Positions 39,009-46,094 of a stretch of DNA of 59,049 bases are shown in pieces. The stretch is taken from positions 1 through 59,049 of the IMG/VR virus record IMGVR_UViG_3300035145_003654; one strand, written 5' to 3'. Positions within the stretch are counted from its first letter, which is position 1. Each line of letters opens with the position of its first letter. The notes under the pieces are model-generated. The model had not been told where the DNA came from. It was given only the letters and a program-made list of their open reading frames with translations, and ran no database searches. Source of the stretch: a virus. Lineage: Duplodnaviria > Caudoviricetes. A program made the position numbers and the translations under genes.

Positions 39009-39629
39009 ATGCCTAAAGCAAAACCACTTAGTAAACAACAAATACAAGCTGCTATGAATAAGACTAAGTCTAACCGAGCAGCAGCTAGGTATTTAGGTGT
39101 TTCTTATATTCATTATAAGAAGTGGGCCCAAAACTATGATAGTGAAACACACGAAAATTTATTTGAACAACATAAAAACCAAGCAGGTAAAGGGATACCT
39201 AAATTTTTAAATGGTAGTGTAAAACAACCTGCTGTATTAGATATTATAGAAGGTAGAATTGACCCTTCCCATTTTAGCGCCGTTAAAATTCGTGAAAGAA
39301 TGATTGGTGAGGGTTATTTAGATGATTGTTGTTCAAATTGCAATTTTAATGAACGAAGGGTATTAGATTATAAAGTTCCATTAATAATGAACTTCAAAGA
39401 CGGTAATAAAAAAAATTATAAATTGGATAACGTAGAACTTCTCTGTTATAATTGCTATTTTTTAACAGTAGGGGACATATTTAGTGACAAACAGGTCCAA
39501 TCAATGGAAGAACACAAACCAGTTAATGAAGGTAAAGTAGATTGGGAAATTGATGATTACCATCTCCAACGCCTAAAAGAATTGGGTTTAGAAGATAAAG
39601 ACGAACTAGACTTAATATCAAGAATATGA
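39009..39629 (+). CDS. HTH plus degenerate HNH-domain protein
   Basis: SNRAAARYLGVSY HTH; CSNC...NFKDGNKKNY.LDNVELLCYNCY. Confidence 0.7.
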   Translation: MPKAKPLSKQQIQAAMNKTKSNRAAARYLGVSYIHYKKWAQNYDSETHENLFEQHKNQAGKGIPKFLNGSVKQPAVLDIIEGRIDPSHFSAVKIRERMIGEGYLDDCCSNCNFNERRVLDYKVPLIMNFKDGNKKNYKLDNVELLCYNCYFLTVGDIFSDKQVQSMEEHKPVNEGKVDWEIDDYHLQRLKELGLEDKDELDLISRI

Positions 39630-40330
39630 AAACACTAAACTGGTCAGGATATGAATGGTTAACCCAGGAACGTTGGGGATCAATCCATAAAGATAAACCT
39701 TATTGTTGGTATGATCCTTCAGCAGTACAAACTACACTTAAAGGATATTTAAACCTAAAAACCCAGTATAATCCTAAAGAATTTTCACATTTAGGTGTTA
39801 GATCTAAAATAGGGGTAGGTTTAGTTTCTTGTGTTACTGAATTTGGTCCTGGCACATTTGAAATAAAGGCTAGATTACCTTATGGTAAAAATTTATGGCC
39901 TGCTTTTTGGATGTGGAGTTGGGATAGTTGGCCCCCTGAAATAGACATATTTGAAGGTTATACTCATAATCGTCCTGATTACCTTAGGTTTAATTGGAAT
40001 AAACCCTGGGCTTGGAGACATATAGATACTAATGTCCACTATACTAAAAATGGAAAAAATAAAATGTGGGGACCTAAAAGTCACTTTATGGGTTTTAAAG
40101 ATCCTACTAAAGATTTTATAAAGTATAAATTAGATTGGAGTCTAGATTCGTTGAAATTTTACTATAATAATAGATTAGTTCGTATTATAGATGATCCTTT
40201 AGTTATGAAGCAAGTAAATTCTACTAAAATGAATGTTGTGATAAATAATCATGTTACTCAGGATATGCCTTATTCAGAAATACCTGATAGTAACTTCACA
40301 ATTAAGTATTTTAGCTATGAAAAAGCGTAA
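39626..40330 (+). CDS. Glycoside hydrolase family 16
   Basis: LWPAFWM...WPPEIDIFE catalytic ExDxxE motif. Confidence 0.88.
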   Translation: MKTLNWSGYEWLTQERWGSIHKDKPYCWYDPSAVQTTLKGYLNLKTQYNPKEFSHLGVRSKIGVGLVSCVTEFGPGTFEIKARLPYGKNLWPAFWMWSWDSWPPEIDIFEGYTHNRPDYLRFNWNKPWAWRHIDTNVHYTKNGKNKMWGPKSHFMGFKDPTKDFIKYKLDWSLDSLKFYYNNRLVRIIDDPLVMKQVNSTKMNVVINNHVTQDMPYSEIPDSNFTIKYFSYEKA

Positions 40331-40475
40331 GCATAAAAAATTAATGGACGACTACGAAGGACAAAAACGTAAACATCTCGAAAAACTTGCGACAAAAAGT
40401 TTGGAGAATGATGAGAAAATGCGTAAATTCAAGTCAAAAGAAATAAACGATAAATTTCTAGATTTATTTTAAAAA

Positions 40476-40787
40476 GTGGTATTCGTGAAAAAAATACTGG
40501 TTAACGACTATGATGAGTTTTTGGCTATGACTAAAAACAAACAGTTTACTATTTCACAACAAATAGTAGAGACTATATTAAATAATATAGATACAAAGAG
40601 AAAAGAACTACCCGTATTCGAAGTAGAAGTAGAAAGTGAGGGAGCATCTTATACCTTATCTATCCAAACTGACGAATTTATAGATACATTAAATACAAAC
40701 CTTATTCATTTTGAGAATGAAGAGGCATATGAAGGTTGTCAAAAAATTATAGAAGCAATAAATTATTTAAAAACCAAAAATGGCTAA
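40476..40787 (+). CDS. Hypothetical protein with UVR-like C-terminus
   Basis: HFENEEAYEGCQKI. Confidence 0.55.
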   Translation: MVFVKKILVNDYDEFLAMTKNKQFTISQQIVETILNNIDTKRKELPVFEVEVESEGASYTLSIQTDEFIDTLNTNLIHFENEEAYEGCQKIIEAINYLKTKNG

Positions 40788-40917
40788 GAAAATTAGTGCC
40801 TTTGAATACAAAGGTGATAGCTCTGTGAATAGACCTGGTGTTCACGCTAAAACAAAAACCAGCAATCACAAAACTTCCAAGCATTATAAAAAAGCTTATA
40901 GAGGACAAGGACGATGA
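40780..40917 (+). CDS. Small basic protein ending YRGQGR (45 aa, not in ORF track)
   Basis: MAKKISAFEYKGDSSVNRPGVHAKTKTSNHKTSKHYKKAYRGQGR; overlaps both neighbours. Confidence 0.7.
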   Translation: MAKKISAFEYKGDSSVNRPGVHAKTKTSNHKTSKHYKKAYRGQGR

Positions 40918-41087
40918 GTAAAAATAGTCACAAGCAGCGCTATGAAGCGCTCAAGGATTGGGACCAATTTATGCAAAACGAGTACCCCAATTACAAGGAA
41001 CGTAAGAAAAAGCCTAAGTCAAAACCACCTCAGTACTTGAGTGCTGAGGATGAGGACTTGGACGAGTACTACAATGGAAAACTTTGA
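40914..41087 (+). CDS. Small hypothetical protein (57 aa, not in ORF track)
   Basis: ATGA overlap with the upstream gene; MSKNSHKQRYEALKDW... Confidence 0.55.
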   Translation: MSKNSHKQRYEALKDWDQFMQNEYPNYKERKKKPKSKPPQYLSAEDEDLDEYYNGKL

Positions 41088-41300
41088 ATCAGTAACCATA
41101 AATGAAGCTATGAGGGTTATGTCTGATGAGGACTTAACCTTCATAGCAACATATTACCCTATGATGCTCCAGGGGATGTGTTTAATGGCTACTTTAGAAA
41201 ATCAATTAGAAATAGAAGGTAAGGCTAGTAATCCTCCCGTCATTTTGAAAACGAGGAAATCCGAAAATTGGTTTGTATATTTACGACGAAGATTTAAGGA

Positions 41301-41729
41301 ATGGCTATTTTCAAGGTTATTAAAGACGGAGTCGAAGAAACGGTAATCCAAGACTCTACTCAATTTAGCTATAAACCCGACGGAAAAACTAAATTCTACG
41401 CTGTGCAAAGGGTTAAGTATAAACAGGATTCATGGATGCCCCCCACATTTGTAAACATAGGTGGTAAAAAATATTTGATGCCTAAGTGGGTTGAGGTACA
41501 TTCCCAAGCACAGCTTAGTGATGTTATTTGGGAAAAACCCAAATTGGAGGTTAAGCAACCTGAAATGGTAGTTAGGGAATTTACTTCTAAGAGTAATCCT
41601 GATATTACCTATGAGGCACGTAAAGTGACTTTGCCCACTGGAAAAATTACATTTAGTTGTAATTGTCCTGGTGTTTGGAGATCGAAAACTAGAGAGTGTA
41701 AGCATATTAAAGAGCTAAAAAATGCGTAA
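41301..41729 (+). CDS. SWIM zinc-finger protein
   Basis: SCNCPG...CKHI. Confidence 0.75.
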   Translation: MAIFKVIKDGVEETVIQDSTQFSYKPDGKTKFYAVQRVKYKQDSWMPPTFVNIGGKKYLMPKWVEVHSQAQLSDVIWEKPKLEVKQPEMVVREFTSKSNPDITYEARKVTLPTGKITFSCNCPGVWRSKTRECKHIKELKNA

Positions 41730-42021
41730 TCATAACAACCGCCGCCGTAAGCGGGATTATTTTAGTAATGTCCACAACTTGGCCAATGCTATGGTCAAGG
41801 GTGATGTTGAGGGTACAAAAATGTACTTTGAAAAGGTACTAGGTTACCGGAATGCAGGAATGGACCGCCGTGACTGTGAGGAGTTCCTTAGGGAGTTTCG
41901 GGCTGAAATGGAGGAGCGAGTTCCTAGTAAGCAACAGCGTGCTGTGAGTAAGGAAAAAGCTAAGCGTAGACGTGAGATGCGTGAGCTGGAAAAGCAGTTG
42001 GGTATCGAGAGAAAAAGATAA
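41722..42021 (+). CDS. Hypothetical basic protein
   Basis: ORF overlapping the upstream stop codon. Confidence 0.55.
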   Translation: MRNHNNRRRKRDYFSNVHNLANAMVKGDVEGTKMYFEKVLGYRNAGMDRRDCEEFLREFRAEMEERVPSKQQRAVSKEKAKRRREMRELEKQLGIERKR

Positions 42022-42092
42022 GTCATTTTAAAGTCATTTGAAAATTTGGGATCCAGAAACCCCGTTCGTATATTCATGGGGTAAGGTTGAGA
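42022..42092 (+). promoter_or_regulatory. Promoter with GTCAT-N6-GTCAT upstream element (leads into the tRNA cluster)
   Basis: GTCAT at 42022 and 42033, TTTGG, TATATTCA at 42069. Confidence 0.75.
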
Positions 42093-42101
42093 AAGAAACA
42101 A

Positions 42102-42353
42102 ATGCAAAACAACAACAACATGCAAAATGATCGCTACCCGGAGGGTTACCTCCCTAAGATTGCCTACCACATCTTCAAGGGCAATGATGAGAAAGTTAAT
42201 TACTTCATCCAACGCCAAGAAGCCCAATACGGTGAGATGGGTCCTGAAGAAATGGCTATGGTTGGTCAAAAGATCAAGGCCCTGTGCTTTGAGCACGAAA
42301 CGGGTCTTCACGAGGCCCAAGCTTGGATGAAACGAAACATGGCAGCAGCATGA
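42102..42353 (+). CDS. Hypothetical early protein
   Basis: First ATG after the promoter, with an A-rich leader. Confidence 0.6.
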   Translation: MQNNNNMQNDRYPEGYLPKIAYHIFKGNDEKVNYFIQRQEAQYGEMGPEEMAMVGQKIKALCFEHETGLHEAQAWMKRNMAAA

Positions 42354-42446
42354 TGACACTTGAAGAATACATTGAAGCCTACGAAGAGAGGTTTGCTGGA
42401 GTTGGAGATTTAACGGATACATCGTATCTTATGTAAATAATAAAAT

Positions 42447-42532
42447 GCCGCTGTGGTGGAATAGGTAGACACGACAGACTTAAAATCTGTTTCGCCGAAT
42501 GGTGAGTGCCGGTTCGATCCCGGCCAGCGGTA
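42447..42532 (+). tRNA. tRNA-Leu(TAA)
   Basis: Cloverleaf with long variable arm; anticodon arm acaga-cttaaaa-tctgt. Confidence 0.93.
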
Positions 42533-42541
42533 CAAAAGCAT

Positions 42542-42616
42542 GCCCTCGTAGCTCAGTTGGATTAGAGCAACAGCCTTCTAAGCTGTGGGTCACAGGTTCG
42601 AATCCTGTCGGGGGTA
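42542..42616 (+). tRNA. tRNA-Arg(TCT)
   Basis: acagc-cttctaa-gctgt; GTTCGAATC T-loop. Confidence 0.95.
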
Positions 42617-42689
42617 CTAGGTTCTTTACTTACTGGAATAAATAACATTCGCTGATGACGCCACTGCGTAATAAATGGCGCACCAATAT

Positions 42690-42763
42690 GGGAACGTAGC
42701 TCAATTGGTTAGAGCATCAAGCTTATATCTTGGAGGTCGCAGGTTCGATTCCTGCCGTTCCTA
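42690..42763 (+). tRNA. tRNA-Ile(TAT)
   Basis: Acceptor gggaacg/cgttcct; tcaag-cttatat-cttgg. Confidence 0.9.
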
Positions 42764-42764
42764 C

Positions 42765-43109
42765 AAATGAAGGAAACCCCACCGCGCTGATCACGCACGG
42801 GGGGGTATGACTGAATGTGTCCCTCGCTTAGGGGGATAAAGTACACATGCTAATAGGTAGCTCGACTTACAGCAAGCGCTGTAGGGGGTGAAAGCCCAGT
42901 GTGGGCCTATTCAGTGTGTGGTTGTGCGATGTGGAAATAAATTTCTACTAAGCGATATTGTGAACTTCAATTGGGGTTAGCAGCCATGAAGTGAAATGAT
43001 TAATGGGATGCGGGTTTAACACTCCTCTTGTGCCATTATGATTTACCAATACAACCGCCTGCTAGTCGCGCTTAAGAGCCTGAATAACTCTTTACCCATT
43101 CCTTCATTT
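42765..43109 (+). ncRNA. Unassigned ~345-nt structured non-coding RNA
   Basis: Perfect 11-bp closing helix (42765-75/43099-109) and at least eight internal helices. Fills the gap between two tRNAs, is GC-richer than the flanking coding DNA, and has no ORF in the track. Confidence 0.75.
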
Positions 43110-43112
43110 TAT

Positions 43113-43186
43113 GATCCCGTAGCTCAGCTGGTTAGAGCATCTCACTTTTAATGAGAGGGTCCTGGGTTCGAGTCCCAGCGGGATCA
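43113..43186 (+). tRNA. tRNA-Lys(TTT)
   Basis: tctca-cttttaa-tgaga. Confidence 0.95.
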
Positions 43187-43207
43187 CAGCGTGTGAGGCG
43201 AATGCAA

Positions 43208-43281
43208 GCCACTATAGCTCAGTTGGCTAGAGCAGCTGATTTGTAATCAGCAGGTCGCGGGTTCGAATCCTGCTAGTGGCT
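43208..43281 (+). tRNA. tRNA-Thr(TGT)
   Basis: gctga-tttgtaa-tcagc. Confidence 0.95.
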
Positions 43282-43283
43282 CA

Positions 43284-43390
43284 ACCCTTAGTCTAATATG
43301 GGAGACTCGGCCCCTATAAGCCGAAAATATAGGGTCTCAGTGGTCCGACGAGATACCAGACGGACAAGTCCTCACTGCTGAGTGGGGCAA
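43284..43390 (+). ncRNA. Structured, pseudoknot-forming spacer RNA
   Basis: tcggc/gccga stem with loop ccctat pairing ataggg; further tctc/gaga, tggt/acca and gtccg/cggac pairings; hairpin gtcctcact/agtggggc. Confidence 0.45.
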
Positions 43391-43392
43391 TA

Positions 43393-43465
43393 CGGAATAT
43401 GGCGCAGTTGGTAGCGCACCTGCTTTGGGAGCAGGGGGCCGCAGGTTCGAGTCCTGCTATTCCGA
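43393..43465 (+). tRNA. tRNA-Pro(TGG)
   Basis: cctgc-tttggga-gcagg. Confidence 0.95.
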
Positions 43466-43482
43466 CCTGAAGACTGCGTGTA

Positions 43483-43556
43483 GCTCCCTTAGCTCAGTTG
43501 GTTAGAGCATCTGACTGTTAATCAGAGGGTCCCTGGTTCGAGCCCAGGAGGGAGCG
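43483..43556 (+). tRNA. tRNA-Asn(GTT)
   Basis: tctga-ctgttaa-tcaga. Confidence 0.95.
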
Positions 43557-43559
43557 CTA

Positions 43560-43924
43560 AGGAAGTTCTTTGATTTTATTAATAATTAAAAATTAGAAAT
43601 CATGGAAGTATTATTTTACAGTTTAGGTGTGCTTACAGTTGCATTCTTATATGCAGTTGTGAGTGTGTTTAAGTTAAATAAAAAAATAGATTATTTAGAA
43701 AACGTAGTTGAAGAACACAAAAGGCAAACAAATATAGAATATAATGAAATCTATAGAGAAATGGACATTAGAATAAATGATCACGCCACCCAACCACTTA
43801 GGGAAACGAATGAAAATGTGGCACGTGAAGTAGAGGATATTTATCGTATGGTAGATTCTCGTATAGATAAATTAGAAGACCGTTTAACAAAAAATAGCTA
43901 AAAATTAGCAACAAAGAACTTCCT
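43560..43924. repeat. Perfect 13-bp inverted repeat enclosing ORF 43602..43901
   Basis: aggaagttctttg (43560-72) / caaagaacttcct (43912-24). Confidence 0.85.
43602..43901 (+). CDS. N-terminal TM plus coiled-coil protein within the tRNA cluster
   Basis: Hydrophobic residues 1-23; C-terminal DSRIDKLE. Confidence 0.7.
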   Translation: MEVLFYSLGVLTVAFLYAVVSVFKLNKKIDYLENVVEEHKRQTNIEYNEIYREMDIRINDHATQPLRETNENVAREVEDIYRMVDSRIDKLEDRLTKNS

Positions 43925-43927
43925 ATA

Positions 43928-44002
43928 GGTCCCTTAGCTCAGTTGGTTCAGAGCATCTCGTTTACACCGAGGGGGTCACTGGTTCGAGTCCAGTAGGGAC
44001 CA
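43928..44002 (+). tRNA. tRNA-Val(TAC)
   Basis: tctcg-tttacac-cgagg. Confidence 0.95.
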
Positions 44003-44015
44003 CAAATATTAAAAA

Positions 44016-44216
44016 ATGCAAGTTGGAGATAAAATAAAATTTTTTCTATTTGGCGTGGAATCTGAAGGAGAGATTTATAACGTTAACAAAAAGGAAAAAA
44101 CAGTAGATATATTTTGTGAAGGGTATAAATACCCTGGAGTACAAACATTTAGGAAATTACCGAAAAAACAAAAGGATACACCACCCTGGTATATCTTAAA
44201 AACCAAAAACAAATGA
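44016..44216 (+). CDS. Small SH3/KOW-like hypothetical protein
   Basis: MQVGDKIKF...EGEIYNV...TVDI. Confidence 0.55.
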   Translation: MQVGDKIKFFLFGVESEGEIYNVNKKEKTVDIFCEGYKYPGVQTFRKLPKKQKDTPPWYILKTKNK

Positions 44217-44437
44217 AACATTTATTCACAACTGCCCTTATTGTGGGCCTTGCCTCTTGTGGCACAACAGACACCACCACCGACCAGGTAGACTGTCACG
44301 AAACAGACTCAACAGGTGGATTCCTTCCTGACAGTGTAGTAATTAACAACTACCTTGTTACTGATTCGATCGCAAACGTAAGTGATCTTCTTGATACACT
44401 TGCTGCGTACGAGCCAGCAGCTAAAATGACCCACTAA
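44213..44437 (+). CDS. Small lipoprotein
   Basis: Lipobox GLAS-C; Thr/Asp-rich mature part. Confidence 0.7.
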   Translation: MKHLFTTALIVGLASCGTTDTTTDQVDCHETDSTGGFLPDSVVINNYLVTDSIANVSDLLDTLAAYEPAAKMTH

Positions 44438-44446
44438 GGGTCATAT

Positions 44447-44526
44447 GCCTGAGTGGTGGAATTGGTAGACACGCTGGTCTTAGGAACCAGTGCTTCGGCG
44501 TGTGGGTTCGAGTCCCACCTTAGGTA
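44447..44526 (+). tRNA. tRNA-Leu(TAG)
   Basis: ctggt-cttagga-accag; variable arm with ttcg loop. Confidence 0.93.
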
Positions 44527-44546
44527 CAAAATTAAAATTATATCAA

Positions 44547-44759
44547 ATGAAAATGTTTGAACAAGTTAGAGTCCCTGACTCACGTAAAGGAAACGATTAT
44601 ATTGTTACCGCTGAAATTAACCAAGTAGCATATGATGACCGTGAGGGTCCTTACTATTTTGTCCAAAGGGCAGATAGTGGTAAAGGCCGTAGAATTAACA
44701 AAGCCAACTTTAAAAAAGGCAAATTCTACCACCACTCAGAAGTAATGGGGTTAACATGA
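44547..44759 (+). CDS. Hypothetical protein
   Basis: ATG after the tRNA with an A-rich leader. Confidence 0.55.
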   Translation: MKMFEQVRVPDSRKGNDYIVTAEINQVAYDDREGPYYFVQRADSGKGRRINKANFKKGKFYHHSEVMGLT

Positions 44760-45403
44760 AATCCTTAAATATTCAAAATAATATTGAAATGTGGGGGGAC
44801 CCCTCTACATGGCAAAAAGATGGGGATGAGTGGTCTACCCAATTTGGTAGTACACAAAATATGTGGGATGAAATTATTCACCCTAAAATTTCCCAATTCC
44901 TCAGAGGTGATGTACTTGAGATAGCTCCTGGGTATGGTAGAATAACCGAAAAGCTTCTAGAGTATGATATTGATAGCCTAGAAATAGTAGATTTAAATTC
45001 TAATTGTATAGATAGATGCCAAGAGAGGTTTGGAGATAAAATACAAGGATACTTTACCAATTCAGGTACAAATTTATATGACTTTTCTCCTGAAAGTAAG
45101 GATTTTATTCTATCTTGGGATTCATTTGTGCATATGGATGAGAAAGTAATTGAATCTTATCTTAAAGAAATACACAGAGTACTTAAACCTGGGGGTATTG
45201 CATGGATTCACCATTCTAATTTATGGGGAGGAAGTGAAAATAATTGGAATAATATGGGGGGAAGAACCAATATGAACCTTTTTAGATTTGCTGAATTAGG
45301 GCAAGAAGCAGAATTAAGTATTTCTAACCAAGAAACCATTAAGTGGGGGGATGAAAAAAGTACTTTATGGGATGGTATCTCTACCCTTAAAAAGGAGTTA
45401 TAA
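44756..45403 (+). CDS. Class I SAM-dependent methyltransferase
   Basis: VLEIAPGYGR, SWDSFVHM, RVLKPGG. Confidence 0.88.
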   Translation: MKSLNIQNNIEMWGDPSTWQKDGDEWSTQFGSTQNMWDEIIHPKISQFLRGDVLEIAPGYGRITEKLLEYDIDSLEIVDLNSNCIDRCQERFGDKIQGYFTNSGTNLYDFSPESKDFILSWDSFVHMDEKVIESYLKEIHRVLKPGGIAWIHHSNLWGGSENNWNNMGGRTNMNLFRFAELGQEAELSISNQETIKWGDEKSTLWDGISTLKKEL

Positions 45404-45451
45404 GTTCGTCATATGAAGATTTGGTTTATTCCGGGAACTTTCGTACCTTTA
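45397..45451 (+). promoter_or_regulatory. Promoter with GT(T/C)AT direct-repeat element
   Basis: GTTAT at 45397, GTCAT at 45408, TTTGG, TACCTTTA at 45444. Confidence 0.7.
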
Positions 45452-45457
45452 TGGTGT

Positions 45458-45586
45458 ATGAAAAAGCAGAAAAACATCAATTCTACTTTACCTGATGGTA
45501 AGTACTTTCAGCAACCTGCTAATCGTACCCACAAGGATAAATCTAAATTTAATCGTAAGAAAAAACATAAAAATGCTGAAGATTAA
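45458..45586 (+). CDS. Small basic early protein with ArfA-like tail (42 aa, not in ORF track)
   Basis: MKKQKNINSTLPDGKYFQQPANRTHKDKSKFNRKKKHKNAED; first ORF after the promoter. Confidence 0.55.
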   Translation: MKKQKNINSTLPDGKYFQQPANRTHKDKSKFNRKKKHKNAED

Positions 45587-45818
45587 AACAACAGTCTCTG
45601 ATTGTTACGAACAGGCCCGCGAAGCACTAAAAGCAGGTAAACCTAACAAAGCACGTGATATGGCTGACTATGGTATTGTTAAAGTAGCTGAGGCCCGTAG
45701 TGAAGGAATGGGTGTAGACGACCTAATAGATGATGTACGTATCGGCCTATGGCTTGAGCGTTTCTGGTATTTTTTGGAAAACAATAATTTGATGCTTGAT
45801 GGAGATGTCGAAGAATAA
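45573..45818 (+). CDS. Hypothetical protein
   Basis: Likely start MLKIKTT, overlapping the upstream ORF. Confidence 0.55.
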   Translation: MLKIKTTVSDCYEQAREALKAGKPNKARDMADYGIVKVAEARSEGMGVDDLIDDVRIGLWLERFWYFLENNNLMLDGDVEE

Positions 45819-46094
45819 AATTTACAACGAGGCTCAATACATCCTTAAGCAGCTAAATGAAATTGATGCTCGTTACTACTGTGATGTAACAGAAGAAGTG
45901 TATGAACTCCTCCTCCAAATTAGATTTACAGCAGAAGAAATCCAACGTCAATCCCAAAAGTATGTACATAGATTTGAGGAAGCGGGAGAACGAGATCGAC
46001 CGTAAAATAGCAGAAGAACGCAAACAACCATTTTATGTAATAGATGAATACGCTCAAGTATTTGCAGGTTTAAGGAGAGGGTATCCGTATTTTA

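Noticed and set aside
42617-42646. preQ1-I riboswitch (GGTTC loop, A-rich tail)
   Set aside because: P1 is only 4 weak pairs, the ligand-pairing C and pseudoknot are not matched, and it is not upstream of que genes.
42652-42684. Hammerhead ribozyme (CTGATGA followed by a stem)
   Set aside because: The stem is followed by CACC rather than GAAA, and no stem I/III with an NUH site is evident.
42765-43109. tmRNA, RNase P RNA or group I intron identity for the large RNA
   Set aside because: No tRNA-like GGGG..TTCGA..CCA ends, no GAGGAAAGTCC/P4 motif, and no correctly ordered P7 elements or interrupted exon.
43284-43340. Twister or theta (HDV-like) ribozyme after tRNA-Thr
   Set aside because: The resemblance is superficial, and conserved core nucleotides and the nested double-pseudoknot order could not be matched. 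Kept as an unassigned structure.
42447-44526. Suppressor tRNAs or stop-codon recoding (anticodons TAA and TAG)
   Set aside because: These anticodons read Leu codons TTA and CTA, and the genes are intact in the standard code.
44490-44546. 5' extension of ORF 44490..44759
   Set aside because: It overlaps tRNA-Leu(TAG); the ATG at 44547 is the plausible start.
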